64,000 bases of DNA from Mycobacteriales bacterium (lineage in GTDB: Bacteria > Actinomycetota > Actinomycetes > Mycobacteriales > QHCE01), in assembly GCA_041743105.1 (NCBI GenBank), contig JBGTNI010000050.1, positions 16,529 through 80,528 of the forward strand, written 5' to 3'. The notes below the pieces were generated by a model, which saw only the letters and a program-made list of their open reading frames with translations, did not search any database and was not told the origin of the DNA. This document shows positions 10,313 to 18,706 of the stretch, one piece after another (within the stretch, counting starts at the first letter, position 1; the number at the start of each line of letters is the position of its first letter). Both the position numbers and the translations under genes were made by a program.

Positions 10313-10864
10313 TCAGTAGTCCCAGACCATGTGCCTGGGGAGCGGGCCGTCGCACTCCCACTGTTGGGCGCGGACGCCGTTGCTGGTGCGCCCATCGGGG
10401 ATTTCTAGACACTTGCCACTGTGTGGACTAAATATCCAGGTGCGGCGAGGATTGGGTGGGTGGTCGATGTACGGCAATCGCCACAACTGGCCGGGCGCGT
10501 GGTCGACACATTGCCACTGCTGGAGTCGGGCGCCGTTGTGGGTGGCGGAGTCGGCGACCTCCAGGCATTTGCCGCTATGGACGTTAATGATCTTGTAATC
10601 GCGCCCGTAGTTCCCGTGGTCCTCTTTTTGGATCCACAGCCATACCTGACTCTTCAGTCCCGGAACACAGCTCCACTGCTGGACCGATGCCCCATCGTCC
10701 ATTCGGGAGTCGGCCACTTCCAGGCACTTGCCGCTGTGCACATTGACCAGCCGCGTCCAATCGGTGTCTCCGGGGTAGGCATATGCCGGAGTGCCCACCA
10801 GGAGCAAGGCCATTACAGCCAGGAGCGGGACCAGGACCGTCGCGCTACCACGATTCACGATCAT
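10313..10864 (-). CDS. secreted ricin-type beta-trefoil lectin
   Basis: 183 aa with a signal peptide ending PAYA. Three internal repeats of the form HSGKCLE(V/I).D....G...QQW.C (QxW-type). Confidence 0.85.
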   Translation of the reverse strand: MIVNRGSATVLVPLLAVMALLLVGTPAYAYPGDTDWTRLVNVHSGKCLEVADSRMDDGASVQQWSCVPGLKSQVWLWIQKEDHGNYGRDYKIINVHSGKCLEVADSATHNGARLQQWQCVDHAPGQLWRLPYIDHPPNPRRTWIFSPHSGKCLEIPDGRTSNGVRAQQWECDGPLPRHMVWDY

Positions 10865-10997
10865 CGCGATCTCCTTCGTTGAGGTACTCGGACGATTTTT
10901 CGTCCGTGCAGCATTAATATTGACCGGAGGTTGCGGCCCGCGCCTCTCTCACAGGAATGATTTCTTTGCTCTGTCAAAAGGGATAAGGTGCCGAGCG

Positions 10998-11135
10998 TCA
11001 GTAGTCGCATGGCATAGCGTGCGCTAGAACGTAAGGGTCCTCACATTGCTGCGCCCGTGCGTCATTAGCGTGACTGGAGTCGGCGATTTGCAAACATTTA
11101 CCATTGTTGAAACCACCGGAAATACTGTTGCTATT
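10998..11135 (-). pseudogene. C-terminal (gamma-repeat) fragment of a ricin-type lectin gene
   Basis: Translates as ..SISGGFNNGKCLQIADSSHANDARAQQCEDPYVLAHAMPCDY*. This is homologous to the end of 10313..10864, but no start or upstream repeats are present. Confidence 0.5.
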
Positions 11136-11153
11136 GCAGGCCCTGAGATCGGA

Positions 11154-11611
11154 TTAGAATCAGAGATTGGTAGTTTTGTGGGACATGGCTGCACGGGTGG
11201 GTGCGGAGTCCGTGTTCGCTATCGTCCAGAAAACCGCCTATACCACCACCCACGTAGACCTTAAGTTCGACGGTACCGTCGCGCCACGTGTGGACATACC
11301 ACGCTTGACGGGTGAGTGCCCCGCAAGGATTGTGTTTGTGAGGGCGTTCCGTGAAAGGCACATGACCTGGTGAGGTGCCATTCAGACACCCCCAGTGTGC
11401 CTATTCCGGAAGATCTGATAGCCGGAAACGCTAGCTTCAATAGACGGCCCACTGTCGGATGCCGTCGCCAATTTACGACTGTCAGGTGATGCATGTGCCG
11501 ACCCGACAGGGAGAACCAAGGCGGAAATTCCTACCATACATGTGATGATAAGCCTTGAGAAATGCCGAATGAGCGGACGCCAGACCACGTGAATTTTCTA
11601 CGAGCTAACAT
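11154..11611 (-). pseudogene. frameshifted remnant of small beta-trefoil lectin-like gene
   Basis: The signal peptide and SPDSRKL..FRNRHTGG lie in one frame, while ..WYVHTWRDGTVELKVY..LDDSEHGLRTHPCSHVPQNYQ lies in another. An internal repeat is missing and the 3' end is shifted relative to the intact copy. Confidence 0.6.
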
Positions 11612-11733
11612 CGTTCTCCTCCATTTCAAGAATCGGTCAACATACAAACAAGAAACTGGACTACTTGTTGGCGTCATGTGCGTTTGTGTCTCCTTTCTTC
11701 TGGCGTCTGGTTCGTTTCTTTGACGTTGCGGTC

Positions 11734-14700
11734 TCAGCCAGAGCGCCCGTAGCCGATCTGGGGCAGGCGAGCGCTTAACACATCGCCCAGGATCGAGGTT
11801 CCGATCTCGTTGGGGTGGTAAGATTGCTGGCTGATCACCGGATTGAATCCGGGAAAACCGCCCTTCTCTCCCTCGCCTTGGGTGATCTTCAGTACGCCCG
11901 CGTTGACCGCTTCGGGGTCACCACAAACACTCTTGCCTTCGAAGGATGCGATCGGGTCGGCAAAATGAACATCGATCTTCGGACTGGCTTGTAGGTCCTT
12001 GATCAACGCAGCGATCTGGTCATTCAGGAAGACCGCCATCCGGCCCATCCACTCGGCCTCGCTGGATTCTGGATGGAAGAACGCGGTTTGATCTGGCTGG
12101 CTGGTCTGGTCGCAGGAGGCGGTGAAAATCTTCACATACCCCATGACGACGATCTTCGCGTTCGGTGCGGCCTTGGCAACCTGTTCCAGGGCAGTCCTGA
12201 TGGACGGCACCACCCTGTTCAAGATTCTTTCTCGCACCAGAAGGTCGTGATGTTCCTGGCAGGAGAACCTGACGAAGCAATCCGTCAGGACGTCGGTGAA
12301 CTCGGCGTCGTTACCACCGATAGTCATGGGTACCAGAGTGGTGTCGGCGTCGAGGAACCCCTTGTCCAGTTGCGGGGGTTCGCGGAACTTGCCTTCCGCC
12401 GTTCTGCCGAAGGCGTTGCGGATCGGTTCCTCGCCGGGGCGCGGGCTGGGCAGCAAGTTGTGGGTCTGTGCCCCACTGCAAGCCAGGAGGTGGTAGTCGA
12501 TCGTGGGATCCCAGATGTCCGTGCGATACCCCACCGTGTGTTGGCTGCCGGGGAGACGCGCCTTGCGTGACCATGCCGCGTAGGAGCGGTGGCAGGCGTT
12601 CTGGTAGTTCGTCAGGCCCATCCGGTCGGATTCGGGGTAGTATTTTCCGCCGCTAGCCGGGGAGGCACCTTCACCGGCGGCGAAGGAGTCGCCGATTGTC
12701 ACGATCTGGTGCTGGGGCTTACCGGGCAAGGGCTGGAAAGCGATCGCGTCAAAGGCGATGTCCTCGGTGCCGTCCGGCTTGCCGCCGGTGATGCTGGTCA
12801 GATCAACCGCTGGGACGCCCGAAAACCGGAAGGCACCCAGCGGCACCCATCGGTTTTCCTCGGTGCGCTGCAACAGCGTCCGGTGCTTGGCGCCGTCCGC
12901 GGTGTGGACGGTGTACCGGGCCTGCTGGGTATGGGCGCCATGGTTAGGCATGTGCACCATTACCCGGGCCCAACCGTGGAGTTCTCGGTTCAGCCGCCAC
13001 TCGCCGTTGACCCGTAGCCGCTGGCCGATCTCGCCGTCTCGAGTATGGGAGAACCAGAAGTGGCCGCCGAATCCACCAGCGATTTGATGAAAGTCCACTT
13101 TGGACAAAAAATCACCAGTCTTGGCGTCGCGTTCGAAGTCCAGTCTGAAACTGCCGTCACTGCGGCGCGGGCACGGTGCCGAGGCCACTGCCGGGACATC
13201 GGCGGAGACGTTGTCGACGATGAGGACATTGGAAGGCAGGTCCTCGGTCTGACAGTTAAGGTTGTGCACCGGAACATCGGGTGGGTTGGGGTGGACACCG
13301 GCGTCGAACCGGATCTTTTCGTTGCCACAGTTGACCTCGCAGTCGTCTTTCCACCACGCCACGTCGTGCCACCAACATTTCAGGTCGTACTTACCGGTGG
13401 CCGGGTTGATGTGGCCGCAGTGGCTAGCCGGCTCCGGTTTCTGCCCGGGCTTGGTCGGCAGGACAGAAGGGTCGTCTGGGACAAATTTTTGCGTTTGATC
13501 GCAGTCGTTGGCGGCCTTGACGCAGAACAGAGTGTTTGGCGGCTTGACCGATAACTGCTGATCGGTGTTCCGCCACCAAGCTGGCTGGAAGCCCGCCCCG
13601 TTTTTCCCAGTCGTCTTGCCGATCGAATGGGCGGCCCAGCCCATGACCTTCTCGGGATATGACCAATCCTCTGGATGAGAGGCGTCACTTGGCCTGCCGT
13701 GCAGGAATGGTCTTCGGTTGATCGGATAGGGGGCGTTGGCTGGGTTGTTCATCCAGCCCAGCCCCCACGGTTCACCAGCCTTCTGCCTTGGATGGAAGCC
13801 ACTGTTGTATGCCCACACCGCCATGAACCAGTTCTCCAGCTTCGAGGGGTCACCTTCGTGGACCTTCATGCCATACGCGGCCTGCTCGTTCCACTTCTCC
13901 GCCAGGATCTGAGCGCCGGCGGCCAGGTTGGCGGCGTAGTCCACGGCGATGGCCCGCTGATGCAGCGGCGGACGGGGCTTCTCATCCGGTTTCTCTCTCC
14001 CCGCCAGGCGCATCCCGTCGGTGACCTGGGTGACGCCGTATCCACAGTCGGCGTCCTTCCAGTCCACGTCCCACTCCGATTCCTTACCCGACACCCGGAA
14101 CGGAATTCCGTAGTAGTTGCCGATCAGCGGATTGCCGGCCAGCCCTTCCACGGTGTGCCGGGATGCCTGCCACATATTCGACTCCTGGGCTGTGATCCCT
14201 AGCAGAACCTGGGCTGGGATCCGCCCCCCGCCGGCCAGCGGAACCAGTGGAAACATCTCCAGAGGTGCGTACGCGGGCAGCCCCGACCCCTTCCAATTGG
14301 CCGGCCGGTTCAGGTCCATCCGTCCCTGGGCAAGCATGTCGACAGCCCACTCCACCTGGTGTGGGGTCGGCTGATGTACCTGGGTGCGTACGTCCCCGCG
14401 CGGGACCGAGCAGCTCCGATCGGTATCCACCGGGTCGCCTGGATCTCCGGCTGCTGTGGGCGCGGCTGACGCCCGGGTGTCCAGGTTTGGGCTGAGCTCC
14501 CGCCCAGTCTGAGACTGCTCCGACTGCCGCTGGCTCGGGTGCACCGTGAACGCCAGGTCCTTGCCGGTGGATACCACGCGGGTGGAAATTCGTACCGGTT
14601 GAGCGTTATTCGGTGACGTGGAAAGCATCCTTGCGGATGTGACCGACTCGGATTCTGTCCGCAGCACCGCGATTTGACCAGTGGTGGAGACGCTGGAATC

Positions 14701-15681
14701 CGCCGGGATCTCTAGCCGGGCCACGGTGGATGGCAGCGGCCGCAACGATGAGGACGTGCCGGTGAGGAAAATCCTCCCGCCGGCGCCGGCGGCGAGTCCT
14801 ACCTCGTCGAGTCCGCCCTTAGCGAAGGAGCGAGTACCGGTATGGTCCACCCGGCGGACCCGGGCGGCGTCTCCTGCGTGGTCCATAAACCACACGCCTC
14901 CCGCTGCGTCGGGTCGCAGCGCGAATGGCGTCCCACTCGAACGCGCCAGCGGCTGCATCGAGCCGTCGGATTGCACGCGGATCACTCTGGAACCACTGGC
15001 CGCTACGATTCCCTTGGCGTCTGGGACCGCGGAGGTGACCTGTCCGGCCACCTTCACCGGTGTGGAGAGAGCCGCGGTGGCGGTGTCCACCCGTGCCAGC
15101 CTCGTCGCGCCGAGATCCTCGTCGCCAGCCTGGGTCAGGATGGCCTGTTCACCGACGCCGCAGCCGGGGTTGTAGTACGCCAAGCTGGACTGAATAGGTA
15201 GCTTGAGCACTGCCCCGCTGCGCAGATCTACGATGGCGGTGAAACCGCCCCGCAAGAACAACTCAGCCTTATTGGTGAAGGTGCGCGGCGCATACACCAC
15301 GACCAGCTTGTTGCCGGAACCAGTCACGCAGGCGTTGCCGATCCACAGGTCAGTCTCCAACCCCGGCTCCGACAGCGTCGCCGCGGTACGCCACGTGTAG
15401 CCGTTTTTTGCCTCGGCCACCAGCACATGCAAACCGTCCGCGTCACCCGTCGTCGTCCACGTCAGATCCTGGGATTGACGCCACTCCCGAGGGAGTACGG
15501 CATCACGCTGTCCCGCTTCAACGGTGGCCGGATCCCTGCTGTCAGCCGCCGGAACACTGGGGGTAGACGATGCCTGAGGTCCTGGGAGTAGCTGGTCTTT
15601 GGCTACCGACGCGCCAGCTGGTGGTGATATCAACGCTATCGACACGGCACATACCGTGAATATTTCCCGAACTCGAAACAT
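11734..15681 (-). CDS. giant secreted multidomain protein B: N-domain, SLT-like lytic transglycosylase, golvesin-like module, C-terminal SGNH/GDSL hydrolase
   Basis: ATG at 15681 preceded by GGGGGAG. Signal peptide MFRVREIFTVCAVSIALISPPAGASVA. Motifs TAQES (about 14170-14193), GYGVTQVT and WAYNSG (about 13798-13812). SGNH blocks GDSFAAGEG (about 12667-12705), ACSGA, GGND and YHPNEIG. Length 1315 aa. Confidence 0.85.
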   Translation of the reverse strand: MFRVREIFTVCAVSIALISPPAGASVAKDQLLPGPQASSTPSVPAADSRDPATVEAGQRDAVLPREWRQSQDLTWTTTGDADGLHVLVAEAKNGYTWRTAATLSEPGLETDLWIGNACVTGSGNKLVVVYAPRTFTNKAELFLRGGFTAIVDLRSGAVLKLPIQSSLAYYNPGCGVGEQAILTQAGDEDLGATRLARVDTATAALSTPVKVAGQVTSAVPDAKGIVAASGSRVIRVQSDGSMQPLARSSGTPFALRPDAAGGVWFMDHAGDAARVRRVDHTGTRSFAKGGLDEVGLAAGAGGRIFLTGTSSSLRPLPSTVARLEIPADSSVSTTGQIAVLRTESESVTSARMLSTSPNNAQPVRISTRVVSTGKDLAFTVHPSQRQSEQSQTGRELSPNLDTRASAAPTAAGDPGDPVDTDRSCSVPRGDVRTQVHQPTPHQVEWAVDMLAQGRMDLNRPANWKGSGLPAYAPLEMFPLVPLAGGGRIPAQVLLGITAQESNMWQASRHTVEGLAGNPLIGNYYGIPFRVSGKESEWDVDWKDADCGYGVTQVTDGMRLAGREKPDEKPRPPLHQRAIAVDYAANLAAGAQILAEKWNEQAAYGMKVHEGDPSKLENWFMAVWAYNSGFHPRQKAGEPWGLGWMNNPANAPYPINRRPFLHGRPSDASHPEDWSYPEKVMGWAAHSIGKTTGKNGAGFQPAWWRNTDQQLSVKPPNTLFCVKAANDCDQTQKFVPDDPSVLPTKPGQKPEPASHCGHINPATGKYDLKCWWHDVAWWKDDCEVNCGNEKIRFDAGVHPNPPDVPVHNLNCQTEDLPSNVLIVDNVSADVPAVASAPCPRRSDGSFRLDFERDAKTGDFLSKVDFHQIAGGFGGHFWFSHTRDGEIGQRLRVNGEWRLNRELHGWARVMVHMPNHGAHTQQARYTVHTADGAKHRTLLQRTEENRWVPLGAFRFSGVPAVDLTSITGGKPDGTEDIAFDAIAFQPLPGKPQHQIVTIGDSFAAGEGASPASGGKYYPESDRMGLTNYQNACHRSYAAWSRKARLPGSQHTVGYRTDIWDPTIDYHLLACSGAQTHNLLPSPRPGEEPIRNAFGRTAEGKFREPPQLDKGFLDADTTLVPMTIGGNDAEFTDVLTDCFVRFSCQEHHDLLVRERILNRVVPSIRTALEQVAKAAPNAKIVVMGYVKIFTASCDQTSQPDQTAFFHPESSEAEWMGRMAVFLNDQIAALIKDLQASPKIDVHFADPIASFEGKSVCGDPEAVNAGVLKITQGEGEKGGFPGFNPVISQQSYHPNEIGTSILGDVLSARLPQIGYGRSG

Positions 15682-15746
15682 GATCTCCCCCACTCCTAGC
15701 CATTCTGGTAGCGGACACTTATTCCTTGGTTGTCGTTAGGCCCGGC

Positions 15747-15886
15747 TCAGTAGTCCCATTGCGTAGTGTTCGGTAGGAGGTAAGGGTCCTCACATTGCTG
15801 CGCCCGTGCGTCATTAGCATGACTGGAGTCGGGCTATTTGCAAACATTTACCACTGTTGAAACCACCGGAGATACCGTTGCTGTTA
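15747..15886 (-). pseudogene. C-terminal fragment of a ricin-type lectin gene (second copy)
   Basis: About nine-tenths identical by eye at nucleotide level to 10998-11135. It ends ..QQCEDPYLLPNTTQWDY*. Confidence 0.5.
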
Positions 15887-15903
15887 CAGGCTCTGAGATC
15901 GGA

Positions 15904-16482
15904 TTAGAACCAGAGTTGATAGTTTTGTGGAACATGGCTGCACGGGTAGGTGCGGAGTCCGTGTTCGCTATCGTCTAGACACAGCCCGGTGTGTTGGTTT
16001 CTGAGTTCAATGTAAGAACCGAACGTGCGGATATACCAACTTTGGTAGGGAAGCGCGTTACAGTCCCACATGCGGAGTCCGTGTTCGCTATCGTCCAGGC
16101 AACTGTAGCCAATAAAACTCCGGTAGATCTTCAGTTCGACGGTGCCATCGCGCCACTTGTGGACGAACCACGTTTCAGTGCTGTTGTTGCCGCAAGGATC
16201 GTGCTTGCCAGGAAGTTCTGTGTAGGGCCTACTGCCTGGTTCGTAGCCAGCCAGACACCCCCCGGTGTGCCTATTCCGGAAGGCCTGAGCGTTGGAAGTG
16301 CTAGCGTCAATGGACGGGCCGTTGTCGGATACCGTCGTCAATTTACGACTGTCAGGTGATGCATGTGCCGACTCGATTGGGAGAACCAAGGCGGAAATTC
16401 CTACCATACAGGTGATGATAAGCCTTGAGAAGCGCCGAGTGAGCGGACGCCAGACCACGTGAATTTTTCTGCGAGCCAACAT
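15904..16482 (-). CDS. small secreted beta-trefoil (ricin-like) lectin-like protein
   Basis: ATG at 16482 preceded by GGAGGAG. Signal peptide ..ISALVLPIESAHA. Three repeats with (R)N.HTG.CLDDSEHGLR..C....Q.W, ending QNYQLWF*. Confidence 0.75.
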   Translation of the reverse strand: MLARRKIHVVWRPLTRRFSRLIITCMVGISALVLPIESAHASPDSRKLTTVSDNGPSIDASTSNAQAFRNRHTGGCLAGYEPGSRPYTELPGKHDPCGNNSTETWFVHKWRDGTVELKIYRSFIGYSCLDDSEHGLRMWDCNALPYQSWYIRTFGSYIELRNQHTGLCLDDSEHGLRTYPCSHVPQNYQLWF

Positions 16483-16554
16483 TATTCTCCTCCATCTCAA
16501 GAATCGATCAACACGCAAAATTAGACGAAACCAAGATGCTCCCATCTGAAATCA

Positions 16555-16752
16555 TTTCAGATTGAGCCGTTTCCTTTCACATAACATAGTGCCAACGAAT
16601 GGCCGCTAATACTTCTCCTAGAAGACTCGTTATTGCCTCTACCGGATGAGAGTCTTTTGGCGCGGAATATCTATCGGAAGAAAGAGATGAAGATCCGCCA
16701 TGAGGCAGATACTCGTGTGTGTGCCATGACGTATGGTCTGGGCATGAGAGCC
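16555..16752. repeat. direct repeat copy 2 (resident promoter and 5' region of the sensor kinase)
   Basis: Partner of 5749-5935, offset by 10806 bp. Confidence 0.75.
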
Positions 16753-18003
16753 TTGGTCAACCGGACAGCTAAGTCGTCGCGCCGTCATCCGAGGTGGATT
16801 GACGGCGCGGTCGCCGCCGTTTTGTTGGTTGCCGGTGTGACGGAAACCTATGGCTTTGTTGAACTGGGCGCTCAGGTCGCCCAAGCTAGAGGGTTACAAG
16901 TCGAGACGGCGTCGTTTTTTACCATCACCGCCCTCACTATGGCCATGGTGGCGCCGTTGGTGTGGCGGCGTCGAGCACCACTGACCGTGCTGGGGTTGAT
17001 CAGCGCGGTTCAACTGGTTTCCACGGTGGTATTCAAGCTGCCGATCACCAGCGCCACCATTGTGACACTGCTCGTTGCCGTCTACGGCGCGAGCGTTTAC
17101 GGAGCGCCGCGGTGGCGCACTCCACTACGGATAGTGGCGTTGATGACCCTGATGGCAGGAGGCGCCTACGAAATCATCTCCAGCGAGAGGCTAGAGGACC
17201 TCGGAATAACAACGGCCCGAATATTCTTTACGGTTTCCTCGGTGATGATCGACCTGTTTATCTTCGGGTTAGCGTGGGTGCTGGGCGATGTTGTGCGAAT
17301 CCGCCGGGTCCGCGAGGCGGAGCTGGAAACGCGCACCGCGCAACTGGAGATCGAGCGGGAGGAGAACGCCCGTCGGGCGGTGTTGGATGAACGGGTGCGC
17401 ATCGCAAGGGAACTTCACGACGTGATCGCCCACCACGTCAGCGTCATGGGAATCCAGGCTGGGGCAGCGCGCCGGATTATGCATGCTCAGCCAGATCGAG
17501 CAGCACAGGCACTTACCGGCGTCGAAGCCGCCAGCCGTCAGGCAGTGGCCGAGCTGCACCGGATGCTCGGTTTCTTGCGTCAGCACAACGACGTCGACAC
17601 CCTAGGTCCCTTGCCTGGTCTTGGGCTGTTGCAGGACTTGGTCGACCAGATGACCCACGCCAACCTCACTGTCGAAGTCGATATTGACGGCGAGCCAAGA
17701 GCCGTACCCACCAGCGTCGACCTCTCCGCCTACCGCATCGTCCAAGAAGCGCTGACCAACACCCTCAAACATGCCAACGCGACCGCCGCGGTGGTCACCC
17801 TGTGCTACCGAAGCGACGCCGTCGAAGTCGGTGTCGTCGACGATGGCCGCGGCGCCGGATCCAACGAACGCAGACAGGGCAATGGACTCGTCGGTATGCG
17901 CGAGCGCGTAGCCCTACACAACGGGCGATTCCAGGCGGGACCGCGACCAGAAGGCGGATTCGGCGTACATGCCACCTTCCCCCTACAGAAAGGCTCCTCA
18001 TGA
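16726..18003 (+). CDS. sensor histidine kinase (HisKA_3 / NarL-partner type)
   Basis: Multi-TM N-terminus, H-box RIARELHDVIAHHVSVM, and an HATPase region with N and G boxes (QEALTNTLKHA, DDGRGAG, GNGLVGMRER). The start is uncertain (ATG at 16726 or 16744; the ORF opens at 16633). Confidence 0.85.
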   Translation: MTYGLGMRALVNRTAKSSRRHPRWIDGAVAAVLLVAGVTETYGFVELGAQVAQARGLQVETASFFTITALTMAMVAPLVWRRRAPLTVLGLISAVQLVSTVVFKLPITSATIVTLLVAVYGASVYGAPRWRTPLRIVALMTLMAGGAYEIISSERLEDLGITTARIFFTVSSVMIDLFIFGLAWVLGDVVRIRRVREAELETRTAQLEIEREENARRAVLDERVRIARELHDVIAHHVSVMGIQAGAARRIMHAQPDRAAQALTGVEAASRQAVAELHRMLGFLRQHNDVDTLGPLPGLGLLQDLVDQMTHANLTVEVDIDGEPRAVPTSVDLSAYRIVQEALTNTLKHANATAAVVTLCYRSDAVEVGVVDDGRGAGSNERRQGNGLVGMRERVALHNGRFQAGPRPEGGFGVHATFPLQKGSS

Positions 18004-18662
18004 CTATCCAAATTCTGCTCGCCGACGACCAGGCCATGATCCGAACGGGCTTCCGCCTGATTCTGGAAGCAGAAGACGATCTGGAAGTGGTAGGCGAAGT
18101 CGAAGACGGTAAAGCGGCCATAGTCGCGGCACAGCGACTACAACCCGATGTGGTGCTGATGGACATTCAGATGCCCACCCTCGATGGGCTGGAGGCCACC
18201 CGCCTCATCGTGGCACCCAATGGTCAGACACACACCAAAGTGGTGATCTTGACGACGTTCGAGCGCGACGACTACATTTTCCAGGCCCTTCAAGCCGGCG
18301 CCAGCGGATTCCTACTCAAAAACGCCCCACCCGAAGACCTCATCGCCGCGGTGCGCATAGTGGCCGCCGGCAATGCCCTACTCGCCCCGTCGGTCACCCG
18401 TCGCATCATCGCCGACTACGCCCGCCGTCCACCCACCGCCGTCAACTCCGCCGCCATCAGTCAACTCACCGAACGTGAACTCGAAGTGCTGCGGCTACTG
18501 GCCACCGGCAAAAGCAACACCGAACTAGCCGCGGAACTCTATGTCGGAGAGGGCACCGTCAAAACCCATGTTTCCCATCTGCTCACCAAACTCGGTTTGC
18601 GCGATCGGGTCCAAGCGGTGGTCTTCGCCTACGAAACTGGCACAGTTCAACCGGGAGCTTAA
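18000..18662 (+). CDS. response regulator, NarL/LuxR family
   Basis: ATGA overlap with the kinase stop. REC domain (LLADDQAMIR..VVLMDIQMP) plus a LuxR HTH (LTERELEVLRLLATGKSNTELAAELYVGEGTVKTHVSHLLTKLG). Confidence 0.9.
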   Translation: MTIQILLADDQAMIRTGFRLILEAEDDLEVVGEVEDGKAAIVAAQRLQPDVVLMDIQMPTLDGLEATRLIVAPNGQTHTKVVILTTFERDDYIFQALQAGASGFLLKNAPPEDLIAAVRIVAAGNALLAPSVTRRIIADYARRPPTAVNSAAISQLTERELEVLRLLATGKSNTELAAELYVGEGTVKTHVSHLLTKLGLRDRVQAVVFAYETGTVQPGA

Positions 18663-18706
18663 GAAAAACCCAACCACGCGGCGGTGCCGACGAGAAAAGT
18701 TATGGG

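Noticed and set aside
10288-10395. 5' extension of giant ORF A overlapping the 3' end of the ricin lectin gene
   Set aside because: The ATG at 10287 has a strong Shine-Dalgarno sequence and is followed immediately by a signal peptide. The extension would bury the signal peptide and overlap the lectin gene.
6094-15681. Interpretation of the giant proteins as polymorphic toxins with cognate immunity genes
   Set aside because: No small ORF lies immediately downstream of either gene that could serve as immunity. The N-termini are plain Sec signals rather than T7SS, Rhs or CDI-type delivery domains. I keep only the weaker statement that a shared scaffold carries exchangeable C-termini.
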